NCBI GenBank assembly: GCA_963706955.1
Contig: CAVPOC010000008.1
Span: 256,001-320,000 of the forward strand
Length of the DNA stretch: 64,000 nt
Source of the DNA: an uncultured Verrucomicrobiae bacterium
GTDB taxonomy: Bacteria; Verrucomicrobiota; Verrucomicrobiia; Chthoniobacterales; Terrimicrobiaceae
Direction: 5' to 3'
Both the position numbers and the translations under genes were made by a program. The notes under the pieces are model-generated. The model did no database searches. It saw nothing but the letters and a program-made list of their open reading frames with translations, and had not been told where the DNA came from. Positions 38,683-48,854 of this stretch are shown in pieces. The stretch's first letter is position 1, and each line of letters starts with the position of its first letter.

Positions 38683-40398
38683 ATGAAGCATGTCCTTTTT
38701 GTTTGCACCGGCAATGTTTGCCGCAGCCCGATGGCCGAGGGGCTTTTCCGAAAGCTCCTCTCGGGACGCAATGACATCCGTGTGGAATCGGCTGGCATGA
38801 GCGCTGGCCGGGGCATGCCGGCAAGCCAGCACGCGATCCAAGCGCTTTCCCTCGACGGTGTGAATCTGGCAAATTTTCGCAGCCAGCCAGTCTCCGAGGA
38901 TCTGGTGCGCGCGGCCACGCATATCTTCGTGATGACACGCGATCACAAGCACATGATCGAGCTCCTCTTTCCGGAAGCTTGTGAAAAGACCTATCTGTTG
39001 CGCGAATTCGAGCCGGGCGCACCAGACGTCCCTGATCCAATTGGACTCGGGCGCGAAACCTACGAACGCTGTCGAGATACCCTCAAGAAAGCACTTCCCA
39101 ACATTCTACGATTTATCGAAAACCAAAATATGACGGCAGAATCTCTTATCCAGTCGGAAGACTCCACGCTTCCTCTCGCAGAAGTCGACACCCAAATCGC
39201 TGAGGCGATTCGCAATGAACGGCGCCGCCAGTTTGAGAATATCGAGCTCATTGCCAGCGAAAACTTTACCAGCCGGGCCGTGATGGAAGCCCAGGGATCG
39301 TGCCTGACCAACAAGTATGCAGAAGGCTATCCCGGCCGACGCTGGTATGGAGGATGCGAATTCATGGATGTGGTCGAATCACTCGCCATCGAGCGCGCAA
39401 AAAAACTATTTTCCGCCGAGCACGTTAATGTCCAACCACACAGTGGCAGCCAAGCCAACATGGCGGTCTACTTTGCGGCCTTGCAGCCCCGCGATCGGCT
39501 TCTGACGATGGACCTCGCTCATGGAGGACATCTCACACATGGGCATAAGGCCAACTTCTCGGGGAAACTCTACGAGATTCACCACTATGGAGTGGATCGT
39601 GAAAGAGAACAGATCGATTACGACGCACTCGCACGACTGGCCGATGAGGTGAAGCCCAAGATGATTACCGCGGGAGCCTCCGCCTACTCCCGGATCATCG
39701 ACTTCGCTCGCATGCGCGAGATCGCGGATTCAGTGGGCGCCTATCTTTTCGTCGACATGGCGCATATTGCAGGACTGGTCGCAGGCGGAGTGCATCCGAG
39801 CCCGATCCAGCACGCACACTTTGTCACGACAACCACGCACAAGAGCTTGCGTGGTCCGCGCGCGGGACTGGTCATGTGCAAGGAGGAATTCGCCAAGCGA
39901 CTCGACGCTCAGGCGTTTCCGGGCGTGCAAGGAGGCCCTCTCATGCATGCCATTGCTGCGAAAGCTGTCTGTCTGCATGAGGCGCTTCAGCCCTCTTTCA
40001 AAGACTACGCTCATCAGATCGTCAACAATGCCAAGGCTCTCGCGGCGCGTCTCTCGATGCTCGGCTATCGCATTGTCTCGGGAGGCACGGACAACCACTT
40101 GATGCTGGTCGACCTGCGTCCGCGCGGTCTGACGGGCGTCGATGCTCAAACGGCTCTTGATCACGCAGCGATCACTGTCAATAAGAACGCGATTCCGTTC
40201 GATACGGAGCCGATCACCAAGACCGGTGGAATTCGCGTCGGCACCCCAGCAATGACGACCCGCGGGATGAAAGAAGAGGAGATGATGGAAATCGCCGACC
40301 TCATCCACGCTGCGCTCGAACGTCGAACCGATCCGGCGAAGCTCGCTGCCCTGCGGCAGGAAGTGGTTCGCTTTACCAGTCGTTTTCCGCTTCCGTAA
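38683..40398 (+). CDS. glyA: Fusion of an LMW protein Arg/Tyr phosphatase and serine hydroxymethyltransferase
   Basis: [14 protein letters not shown] and DVPDPIG, then in frame [22 protein letters not shown] and [11 protein letters not shown]. Confidence 0.93.
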   Translation: MKHVLFVCTGNVCRSPMAEGLFRKLLSGRNDIRVESAGMSAGRGMPASQHAIQALSLDGVNLANFRSQPVSEDLVRAATHIFVMTRDHKHMIELLFPEACEKTYLLREFEPGAPDVPDPIGLGRETYERCRDTLKKALPNILRFIENQNMTAESLIQSEDSTLPLAEVDTQIAEAIRNERRRQFENIELIASENFTSRAVMEAQGSCLTNKYAEGYPGRRWYGGCEFMDVVESLAIERAKKLFSAEHVNVQPHSGSQANMAVYFAALQPRDRLLTMDLAHGGHLTHGHKANFSGKLYEIHHYGVDREREQIDYDALARLADEVKPKMITAGASAYSRIIDFARMREIADSVGAYLFVDMAHIAGLVAGGVHPSPIQHAHFVTTTTHKSLRGPRAGLVMCKEEFAKRLDAQAFPGVQGGPLMHAIAAKAVCLHEALQPSFKDYAHQIVNNAKALAARLSMLGYRIVSGGTDNHLMLVDLRPRGLTGVDAQTALDHAAITVNKNAIPFDTEPITKTGGIRVGTPAMTTRGMKEEEMMEIADLIHAALERRTDPAKLAALRQEVVRFTSRFPLP

Positions 40399-40410
40399 TT
40401 TCCGGACTAA

Positions 40411-40806
40411 TCAAAACGGATCGATCCTGATCCCGGGCACCTTGCCGATACCCTCGGTGGCTCGCGTTACCAACGGCACACCGAGTTGTAACGTCGCGGC
40501 TGCCAGCCAAAGATCGGTCGCGCCGAGAGAAAGACTCTGCCGCCGAAGCGATGCGCCAAGTCGGCCGAAGCCAAGCACGGTCTCCTCATCTGGCCAGAGC
40601 GTCGGGTAACGAGCGAGAAACTCAAGCAACTCCGCTGAGTCGCACTCCGCGAGAGCTGCAGCTCGAAGAAATTCGCCTTTGACGATCCACGGAATGGCCA
40701 GCGAATCCTCCAGATGCGCGCGAGCGTATGCGGACGCGGCGGAGCCATCCCCATTCTGCCAACGATCAAGGAGAAAGTCGGCGGCTACCAGGCAATCCAC
40801 TTGCAT
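40411..40806 (-). CDS. PIN-domain VapC-like toxin with a degenerate active site
   Basis: GEF, DLWLAAATLQLGVPLVTR and VPGI motifs; directly downstream of a VapB-like gene. Confidence 0.8.
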   Translation of the reverse strand: MQVDCLVAADFLLDRWQNGDGSAASAYARAHLEDSLAIPWIVKGEFLRAAALAECDSAELLEFLARYPTLWPDEETVLGFGRLGASLRRQSLSLGATDLWLAAATLQLGVPLVTRATEGIGKVPGIRIDPF

Positions 40807-40808
40807 CC

Positions 40809-41018
40809 TTATGGCTCGCCTCGTGACGCGATCATTTCCACCATGGTATGGGAATGCTCCGCCGAAAGCTTGGACAGCGTGCGAAAAGCATCTTCCAGGT
40901 CACCGAACGTGCCCCGCTTAGGAACCATGCGAAGAACCACTTGCGAGAAAGAATCTCCTCCCGCCTTCCATGCCTTCAACCGCTCGTAAGCAGCCTCACT
41001 CAACGTGATCGTTTTCAT
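40809..41018 (-). CDS. VapB-family antitoxin
   Basis: MKTITLSEAAYERLKAWK...SFSQVVLR, the DUF217/VapB-type pattern; 69 aa. Confidence 0.85.
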   Translation of the reverse strand: MKTITLSEAAYERLKAWKAGGDSFSQVVLRMVPKRGTFGDLEDAFRTLSKLSAEHSHTMVEMIASRGEP

Positions 41019-41020
41019 GC

Positions 41021-41036
41021 TTCGTGCATACACGAA
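41021..41036. promoter_or_regulatory. Palindromic operator candidate for the vapBC operon
   Basis: TTCGTG-CATA-CACGAA immediately 5' of the antitoxin ATG. Confidence 0.55.
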
Positions 41037-41139
41037 TACACAAGGCATGCATATTTGCAACCCCGGCGAGGGATTTTTGAACGCCGGCCGGGTGGTAGGA
41101 CTCGACATTGCCTCCCAGCGGATAATATTTCGGATCTGG

Positions 41140-42045
41140 ATGGAGAAGGCACTCAATCACGTCGTGGAGGACATTTTGACTTCCTACGAGCGCGTCGAGG
41201 GGATGAATAACACCGACGCTTACAATTTCCCCTCGAAGCGTGCGGTCGGCGACATCTGCGAAGACATCCTGCAGATCTTATTTCCAGGTTTTCATGATGA
41301 GGAAGCTATCCACAAGAGATCGCTTCCGGTGCTCACCCGTCATCGCGTTTCCAGTGTAATGGATAGATTGGCGGAACAAGTGCGACAGAGCATGCACCTT
41401 TGCGACGACGTCCGACGCCGGGGCCAGGCGCTATCGTTGCCCAAGTTTTTCGAAACCATTCCCAAAGTTCGCGAGATCCTCCATACGGACGTCGAAGCGG
41501 CCTACGAAGGAGATCCGGCCGCCTTAAACAAGGAGGAGATCATTCTTTCCTATCCGTTTATCGAGGCCATCGCCATTCAACGAATGGCACACGGACTGCA
41601 TCTTTCCGGAATACCCATCATCCCGCGAATGATGACCGAATGGGCGCATGGGCGCACTGGCATCGATATTCACCCAGGCGCAACAATTGGTTCACATTTT
41701 TTTATTGATCATGGGACCGGAGTCGTCATTGGCGAGACCAGCGTCATCGGGAACTACGTCAAGATGTATCAAGGAGTCGCCTTGATCGGACGCTCGCTGT
41801 CGGGTGGGCAGAGCTTGAGAGGGGTCCGTCGTCATCCCACGATCGAGGATCATGTGACGATTTACGCGGGCACGACAATCATGGGTGGGGAGACCGTCAT
41901 CGGCGCGCATAGCACACTCGGCGCTAACGTTTTCTTGACGCATAGCGTTCCCCCCCACTCGCTCGTCTTTTATGAGGAGAAACAGTTGCGCATCCTCGAC
42001 AAACGCAAGCGACACGCTGAACCCGAACTGGAATGGTCTATTTAG
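41140..42045 (+). CDS. cysE: Serine O-acetyltransferase (EpsC-type)
   Basis: DVEAAYEGDPAA, TGIDIHPGATIG, FIDHGTGVVIGET and RHPTIED motifs. Confidence 0.93.
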   Translation: MEKALNHVVEDILTSYERVEGMNNTDAYNFPSKRAVGDICEDILQILFPGFHDEEAIHKRSLPVLTRHRVSSVMDRLAEQVRQSMHLCDDVRRRGQALSLPKFFETIPKVREILHTDVEAAYEGDPAALNKEEIILSYPFIEAIAIQRMAHGLHLSGIPIIPRMMTEWAHGRTGIDIHPGATIGSHFFIDHGTGVVIGETSVIGNYVKMYQGVALIGRSLSGGQSLRGVRRHPTIEDHVTIYAGTTIMGGETVIGAHSTLGANVFLTHSVPPHSLVFYEEKQLRILDKRKRHAEPELEWSI

Positions 42046-43182
42046 ATTACAACGCCACCACCCCGCTTGCGCCAGAGGCTCTGAGGGCCATGATGCCGTT
42101 TCTGCGCGAGTTCTGTGGAAATGCTTCGAGCATTCACGCGGCGGGACGCAAGGCACGTGCGGCGGTGGACGATTCGCGCGAACGCTTGGCCACCTTGCTG
42201 GGAGTCAAGGCCAATGAGATCATTTTCACGAGCGGTGGCACCGAGTCCTGCAATCTTGCGGTCATGGGTCTGGCCCGCGCCCACGCTCCCCGAGGACGCC
42301 ATATTATCACCACGGCTGTGGAGCACCACGCTGTCCTCCATGCCTGCGAAAGTCTCAAGCATCACGAAGGATTTGACCTGACGATTCTGCCGGTCGACAG
42401 CGCCGGTCAGGTCGAATCCGGAGGATCTGGATTCGGCCATGCGTCCGGATACCATCCTGGTCTCGGTCATGCACGCCAACAACGAGACCGGCACCATCCA
42501 ACCCATTGAGGAACTCGGGGCGATTTGCCGTGCGCGGCGGGTTTGTTTCCATACCGACACGATCCAATCCTTCGGAAAGTTGCCGGTGCGGCCTGATGAT
42601 CTGGGAGTATCCGCAATCTCGCTGGCCGCCCACAAGTTTTACGGGCCGCCAGGTGCGGGCGCATTGTATCTTCGCTCAGGTATCGCGATCTCACGGATTT
42701 CCCACGGCGGATCGCATGAGAATACCAGAAGGCCAGGCACCGAGAACGTTGCCGCGATCGTGGGTATGGCGACCGCCGCCGAGCTCGCCGAGAATAAGCG
42801 CTCCGACGACCAGCCTCGATTACGTGCGTTGCGTGATCAGCTGTGGAAGGAAATGACGAGCAGATTTCCGAGCGCTGTGCGAAACGGCGACCCGGAACGG
42901 ACGTTGGCCAATACACTAAACGTCAGCTTTCCCGGTCTTGACGGGGAGGCCTTGCTCATTGGACTTGATCTTGAGGGCGTTTGCGCGTCCAGCGGTTCGG
43001 CTTGCATGGTCGGCTCGGTCCAGCCCTCGCACGTGCTCGTGGCCATGGGTGTGGACCCGAGCGTTGCTTCTTCGACCGTCCGCTTTTCCCTTGGAATCCA
43101 TTCTTCAGAGTCTCATATCGAACATTGCCTGCGCGCGCTCGAAACTGTTGTCGAGCGCCAGGCTCAACTTATCGCTGCCTGA
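42033..43182 (+). CDS. Cysteine desulfurase (IscS/NifS family), split by an apparent +1 indel near 42415
   Basis: [16 protein letters not shown] and EHHAVL in one frame; ANNETG, AHKFYGP, RPGTEN and SSGSAC in the next. Junction reads GTC-GAAT-CCG-GAG-GAT. Confidence 0.9.
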
Positions 43183-43805
43183 TGAAACAAACGCTCTTTG
43201 TGTTCAACTTTGGAAGATCTGTTCTTCGTCACCTGCGCCTTCTGCCAGAGGTCAGAAATGCCAACCCGCAGCCCCGTAAGAATCGGCCCAGCAGTCGCGA
43301 TATTCTGCTCGAGAGACTCTGCCGACAGCTGCTACGCGTGGCCAGTTGTCGTGATCTCAAAGTGACCGTGGAGTGGAATTCGCGCTTGAGGACGACCGCG
43401 GGTCTCGCCTGTTGGAGGAGCAAGACGATCTCGCTCAACCCAAAGCTCATCGAGGTGTCACCGGCGGAGGTTCAACGAACACTTCGCCACGAACTCGCCC
43501 ATTTTCTAGCGCAACATCGCGCGGGCCGTCGCCAAATTGCGCCGCATGGAACTGAATGGCGGCGAGCCTGCAAAGATCTCGGCATCCCAAACGAATCGCG
43601 CTGTCATGATCTACCGCTGAAGCGCATCCGTTTCGAACGCCGCTTCTTCTACGCCTGCCGCGAATGCGGGACCACTCTCGCCCGGGTCCGCGCCGTGAAA
43701 CGCCACGTCGCCTGTCTCAAGTGCTGTCGACGGCACAACGAGGGAAAGTATCACGACCGGTTCCGATTCGTTCCTGTCCCAGCCCCCGATCGGCTGGCGG
43801 CATAG
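43182..43805 (+). CDS. SprT-like zinc metalloprotease
   Basis: WNSRLRTTAG, HELAH, HGTEW and C-terminal CxxC pairs. Confidence 0.88.
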   Translation: MKQTLFVFNFGRSVLRHLRLLPEVRNANPQPRKNRPSSRDILLERLCRQLLRVASCRDLKVTVEWNSRLRTTAGLACWRSKTISLNPKLIEVSPAEVQRTLRHELAHFLAQHRAGRRQIAPHGTEWRRACKDLGIPNESRCHDLPLKRIRFERRFFYACRECGTTLARVRAVKRHVACLKCCRRHNEGKYHDRFRFVPVPAPDRLAA

Positions 43806-43882
43806 CGCGGCGGAGGCGTTCGGCTTTTCCTGATTGAACCGCGTCCTCTCTCGGACTACACAAACATCCGCATTTTTCTCGA

Positions 43883-45865
43883 ATGAGCGCTAACATCGAA
43901 TCTCGCCTGGTCGAAAATCGCGTTTTCAAGCCTGCCAAGGAGTTTGCGAAAAACGCCCGCATCTCATCTTTTGCCGAATATAAGAAGCTTTATGCCGAGT
44001 CGATCAGGTCGCCCGAGAAATTCTGGGCAAAGGAGGCTGCGGACCTGATTTGGCGAAAGAAATGGACGAAGGTGCTCGAATGGCGCCTACCTTTTGCCAA
44101 GTGGTTCGTCGGGGCCAAGCTCAACGTCTCGGAGAATTGCCTGGATCGTCATCTCTCTGGTCCGCGGCGCAACAAGGCTGCCATCATCTGGGAAGGCGAG
44201 CCCGGCGATCGGCGGGTCCTCACTTATCATCAGCTTCATCGCGAGGTCTGTATCTTCGCGAACATCCTCAAGCGCAATGGCTGCAAGAAAGGGACGCGCG
44301 TGCTCATTTACCTGCCGCACATTCCCGAGGCGGCGATCGCCATGCTCGCCTGTGCGCGGATCGGGGCGGTTCACAGCGTTGTTTTTGGTGGCTTCAGTAG
44401 CGAAAGCATCAAAGATCGAATCGCCGACAGCGGCGCCAGCATTGTGGTCACTGCGGACGGCGGTTATCGCCGGGGCCAGATTATCACGCTCAAGCAAAAC
44501 GTCGACCACGCAATCGAAGGCAATGGAGACGTCAAGCGCGTCATCGTTTTTCGCCGGACAAATCTCGATATCCACATTCGCGAAGATCGCGATGTCTGGT
44601 GGCATCGCGAAGCTGACTATGTGAGCGCCGAGTGCGAACCGGAAGCCATCGATAGCGAACATCCGCTTTTCATTCTCTATACGAGTGGCTCGACGGGAAA
44701 ACCCAAGGGCATCCTTCACACCACCGGCGGCTACTTGCTCGGCGTGAGCGTTACTTCCAAATACGTCTTTGATCTCCGCGAGGAGGATACTTTCTGGTGC
44801 ACTGCTGACATCGGCTGGGTCACCGGGCATAGCTACGTCGTCTACGGCATCCTAGCCAACGGCGCGACCACGCTCATGTACGAAGGCGCACCCAATTGGC
44901 CTGAGCCAGACCGCTTCTGGAGCATCATCGCCCGCTATGGCGTGACGATTCTTTACACGGCGCCCACCGCCATCCGCGCTTTCACGAAATGGGGAGACAA
45001 CTGGCCGGCGAAACATGACCTTTCTTCCCTTCGCTTGCTTGGCACGGTTGGCGAGCCGATCAATCCCGAAGCGTGGATCTGGTATCACAAGCACATTGGT
45101 GGCAAGCGCTGCCCGATCGTTGATACCTGGTGGCAAACCGAAACCGGCATGCAAATGATCACTCCGTTGCCGGGCGCCACGCCGCTTAAACCGGGAACGG
45201 CTACCCTTCCCTTTTTCGGAATCGATGTTGCCGTGGTCGACGATGAGGGCAAAGAGGTCGGTCCTAATGAGGGCGGCAAGCTCGTCATCCGAAAACCGTG
45301 GCCGGCAATGCTGAGAACGATTTATGGCGACAACGCTCGTTTCAAGAAGCAGTACTGGAGCGAAGTCAAGGGCTGCTATTTCACCGGCGACGGAGCACGG
45401 CGAGATAAGGACGGCTATTTTTGGATCGTTGGCCGAATCGACGACGTCCTCAACGTTGCGGGCCATCGGCTGGGAACCGCCGAAGTCGAGAGCGCACTCG
45501 TCGCTCACGAAGCGGTCGCGGAAGCTGCCGTCGTCGGCAGACCCGACGAATTGAAAGGTCAGGGCGTGGTTGCGTTTGTGACCTTGCGCATGGGTTTCGA
45601 CGCGAGCAACCAGCTCGGGGACCATCTTCGAACCCATGTCAGCAAACTCATTGGCGCCATCGCCAAACCGGATGACATTCGTTTCGCCGAAGCCCTCCCA
45701 AAGACGCGCAGCGGAAAAATCATGCGCCGCCTGCTCAAGCAGGTAGCTTCAGGCGGCGCCGTGAGCGGCGATATCACCACCCTCGAAGATTTCACCGTCC
45801 TCGCCAAGTTGCGCAGGCGAAGAGTAGAACGCACTAGACGAGTAACAAGCCTCCGGAGGGTTTAA
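43883..45865 (+). CDS. acs: Acetyl-CoA synthetase
   Basis: [28 protein letters not shown] and [11 protein letters not shown] motifs. True stop may be TAG 45825-45827 if one base near 45816 is extra. Confidence 0.97.
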   Translation: MSANIESRLVENRVFKPAKEFAKNARISSFAEYKKLYAESIRSPEKFWAKEAADLIWRKKWTKVLEWRLPFAKWFVGAKLNVSENCLDRHLSGPRRNKAAIIWEGEPGDRRVLTYHQLHREVCIFANILKRNGCKKGTRVLIYLPHIPEAAIAMLACARIGAVHSVVFGGFSSESIKDRIADSGASIVVTADGGYRRGQIITLKQNVDHAIEGNGDVKRVIVFRRTNLDIHIREDRDVWWHREADYVSAECEPEAIDSEHPLFILYTSGSTGKPKGILHTTGGYLLGVSVTSKYVFDLREEDTFWCTADIGWVTGHSYVVYGILANGATTLMYEGAPNWPEPDRFWSIIARYGVTILYTAPTAIRAFTKWGDNWPAKHDLSSLRLLGTVGEPINPEAWIWYHKHIGGKRCPIVDTWWQTETGMQMITPLPGATPLKPGTATLPFFGIDVAVVDDEGKEVGPNEGGKLVIRKPWPAMLRTIYGDNARFKKQYWSEVKGCYFTGDGARRDKDGYFWIVGRIDDVLNVAGHRLGTAEVESALVAHEAVAEAAVVGRPDELKGQGVVAFVTLRMGFDASNQLGDHLRTHVSKLIGAIAKPDDIRFAEALPKTRSGKIMRRLLKQVASGGAVSGDITTLEDFTVLAKLRRRRVERTRRVTSLRRV

Positions 45866-46063
45866 CCATCTGGCCTAGTTGATCGAGCTATGCCCGCTTG
45901 GACAAGCCCATCGCGAACGCTCGCATGAGTACGCCTTGCCTGATTCCAGCCTGCATTTTCGAGGTCCTTGCGACGGTTTGGCACTGATGTGATAATCGGA
46001 ACGGCGCTTGTAAGCGGCCTATCAGCCGTCCAAGCTACCTGCGGACTCCGGTTCACCTAACGC

Positions 46064-47446
46064 ATGCCAATCCGATCGTCATTTGCAAGGCCCACGCCCG
46101 CCGTTTCCTGCTGGCGCATCTTCGCCTATGGCCTCCGCGCAAGCTGCGCGGAAAGCAGGGCGTGCTCGACTACATACGCCATGTGAACTGTATCCAGTAC
46201 GATCCCATCAACGTCGTCGGTCAGAACCCGCAGCTTGTGCTGCAATCTCGGGTGCGAAACTACAAGCCAGCAATGCTGAATGCTTTGCTCTATGAGCATC
46301 GCAAGCTCTTGGATGGTTTCGACAAACAGATGTCCATCTATCCCGTGGAGGACTGGCCGTGTTTTGCTTATTACCGCGAGCGCATGCTCCAGCGATACAT
46401 GGAAAGCGAGCACACCGCCGCCGCCGCCAAGCTGGTGGAATCCGTTCGCAACCAGATCGAGGCACGCGGCCCGCTCTCTTCGCTCGAGCTGGAAGAGGAT
46501 ACGCGGATGGACTGGTGGCTGGCCGGTTCCGTGCGTGCCGTGCGCATCGCTCTTGATATGCTCTTGTATGCGTGGAGAGACGATCGTCCACCATCGCGTG
46601 GGAACGCGACGCTATTTCGAGCTCACGAAACGTGTCCTCCCGTCCGAGTTAATGAAAGCTTGCCCGCCGCACGCTTCGCAGGACGATTACCTGGAGTGGC
46701 ATGTATTTCGTCGCGCCGGAGGGCTTGGCTTGGTCGACATGAGGGTCACTGCTGAATTTGGCGGAATGATTGGCTGGCGTGGCGGCCGAATCAGGGCCGC
46801 GATTGTGCGACTGGCTGAGAAAGGCCGGTTGGTTCCGGTGACGATTGAGGAGCTGCCGCGCCAGCGATTCTACATCCGCCGCGATGACGTGCCGGCACTG
46901 GAAGCCGCCGCCAAAAGCTACCCCCGCAAGCAGAGGGCTGCCTTGATAGCCCCACTGGATAATCTGATGTGGGACCTGAAGCTGGTCGAGCTGCTCTTCG
47001 ATTTTCGTTATGCTTGGGAAGTGTATAAGCCAGCGGATAAGCGTGATTACGGCTACTACGTTCTGCCTGTGCTCTATGGCGACCGCTTCGTCGCCCGTAT
47101 CGACCCGCACTTTGACCGGACGAGCAGGGTTTTTACAGTCAAGAACTGGTGGTGGGAAAGAGAAGTGAATAAAAGCGACGCGGTCATGTTGACGGCCATA
47201 GGAGATTGCTTGGCTGACTTTGCGACATACCTGGAAGCGAAGGAGATTCGCTTAGGGTCGAATGTGAAAGACGAGCCTGGGCTAATCACGGCCGTCCAGC
47301 GAGTCCTAAGCAGTCACCGCGCGATTAGGGAAACCACTATTAGGACAATCCGCGCCGGTACGGCCGGACTCTTTGGCTCCCACTATTCAACGAGAATCTA
47401 CGGGCATGCATCGATCGACCCGGGGACCGTTACACCGCATGAGTAA
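46064..47446 (+). CDS. YcaQ/AlkZ-family (HTH_42) DNA crosslink-repair glycosylase, with two apparent indels
   Basis: ARRFLLAH...CIQYDPINVV (QxD), then IAPLDNLMWD, WEVYKP and YGYYVLPVLYGDRFVARID. Frame shifts near 46067 and 46573. Confidence 0.85.
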
Positions 47447-47926
47447 GGCATGGCCATCGGGAGTGATAATGGGACCCACCGGATAGAAGCCAGCGGCCTT
47501 ATAGCAGCGAATTGCGCGTTCGTTTCTTGGGTCCGGGTCCGTCTGGACCACCGTGACGCCAGGGTCTGCGAACAACCGACGGACAAAGGCGCGAATCATT
47601 GCACGGCCAAGACCTCTGCCGAGTTGATCTGCTTCGGCCAAGAATTGATCAATCCCTCGCGCTCCAGGATCGGTCTCGCTCTCCCACCAACCTCCTCCAG
47701 AGCCCATGACAACGTAAGCTTGGATAAAGCCGATGGGCTCGCCATCCATGTGGGCGATGTACGCGCGCGTTGCATTGGGCTGGTCAGCCGAGAGCAGGTA
47801 GTCGCTGCGCAGCTCATCAATCGAGTCTGCAGGCCCCCACCATGCGGCGAGATGCGGACGAAGTAGCCATTCATGAAGAACCGGGAGGTCATCTTCCCGA
47901 AGCGCCCGGAAGTGAAAGCTGGACAT
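47387..47926 (-). CDS. Aminoglycoside 6'-N-acetyltransferase, AAC(6')-Ib/II-like GNAT
   Basis: EWL.RPH...WWG, GEPIG, GSGGGWWESETDPGARGIDQFLA, QTDPDPRNERAIRCY and TPDG closely parallel AacA4 motifs. Confidence 0.85.
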   Translation of the reverse strand: MSSFHFRALREDDLPVLHEWLLRPHLAAWWGPADSIDELRSDYLLSADQPNATRAYIAHMDGEPIGFIQAYVVMGSGGGWWESETDPGARGIDQFLAEADQLGRGLGRAMIRAFVRRLFADPGVTVVQTDPDPRNERAIRCYKAAGFYPVGPIITPDGHALLMRCNGPRVDRCMPVDSR

Positions 47927-48130
47927 CACTCGTGTACGCGGCACTGTGCTGCCTCCCGCGCAATGTCCCACAGGAGGCGTCATAGGCGCTGGAGGCACGC
48001 GGTCTCGGAACGGTTTGAGCGTTGCCGGTGCCAATGAACTGCTCAGTTGTCTCTGGTGGCTGGGCGTGCGCCTGAATTTGGAGTGGTCGTTCGATTGGTT
48101 GTCGCATGACAGGAAAGCACCGACAACGCG

Positions 48131-48190
48131 GTCTAGCACTGAGTGTCACCCGCAGTGGGTAACCCTGCCGACTGGAGTGAGTGGTTGGAA
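48131..48190 (-). other. Degenerate attC-like (59-be-like) site at the 3' end of the NUDIX gene
   Basis: Minus strand TTCCAAC-CACTC-ACTCCAGT...central GCAGGGT/ACCCACTGC hairpin...GCTAGAC; 60 bp. Confidence 0.45.
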
Positions 48191-48564
48191 CCTCGCATTG
48201 CAGAAGCAATTGAGGCTTTGTACCCCGCCGGAAGCTCTTCCGGCAGGCAGTCTTCGGAGAACAACCCGATACCCTTATGCTCGTGGCTGACCGTCGGACC
48301 GAAAGGCCCAATCAATGCACATTCGTAAGTTACAATGAATACATGGCGACCCGGAGTTACCTCGAACAGATAAGTGTCGAGTGGCCGTCCAACTTCAACC
48401 TCAAGGCGAAGCTCTTCTTGAATCTCGCGGGCCAAGCACTGTGCAGGAGATTCACCAAGTTCGATCTGGCCGCCGGGAAGTTCCCACTCGTTTCGCTCAT
48501 TCTGTAGCAAGACCACTCGCCCATCCGGCGCGACCAAAACACCTTTGATTGATACTTTGAACAT
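48133..48564 (-). CDS. NUDIX hydrolase
   Basis: WELPGGQIELGESPAQCLAREIQEELRL Nudix box. Confidence 0.9.
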   Translation of the reverse strand: MFKVSIKGVLVAPDGRVVLLQNERNEWELPGGQIELGESPAQCLAREIQEELRLEVEVGRPLDTYLFEVTPGRHVFIVTYECALIGPFGPTVSHEHKGIGLFSEDCLPEELPAGYKASIASAMRGSNHSLQSAGLPTAGDTQC

Positions 48565-48854
48565 GGATTCGCTAGCCTCGGTGAAGCAGTCGCCAAAGTC
48601 CAGGAAAGCAGGGCCGGCGGTGGAGAGTACAGTATCCAGTAGATTCAATGGCAGGCGTGGGCAATGCTCAGGGGCAAATCTGGAACAAATGCATGGATGG
48701 CAATGGCCATGACTGCCAGAGGTGACCGAACCCCTTTTCGCTGCCGATACGAATCGACCGCTACCTTTCGACGCTTGCATGCACTGCGGAGAAGAATCCC
48801 TGAAGTTTCGCGAGATCGAGTCGGTCATCCGTGCGCACTCCGCTGCGCTCGATC

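Noticed and set aside
42405..42425. Programmed frameshift in the cysteine desulfurase, and likewise in the TPR and LuxC-like genes
   Set aside because: No slippery heptamer or stimulatory structure is evident. Many similar indels nearby point to sequencing error.
45862..46056. 64-aa minus-strand ORF between acs and the YcaQ-like gene
   Set aside because: No recognisable motif or RBS, so it cannot be supported as a gene.
47290..47390. attC site downstream of the aac gene
   Set aside because: Only CCTAAT-type partial cores, without the paired L/R box palindrome.
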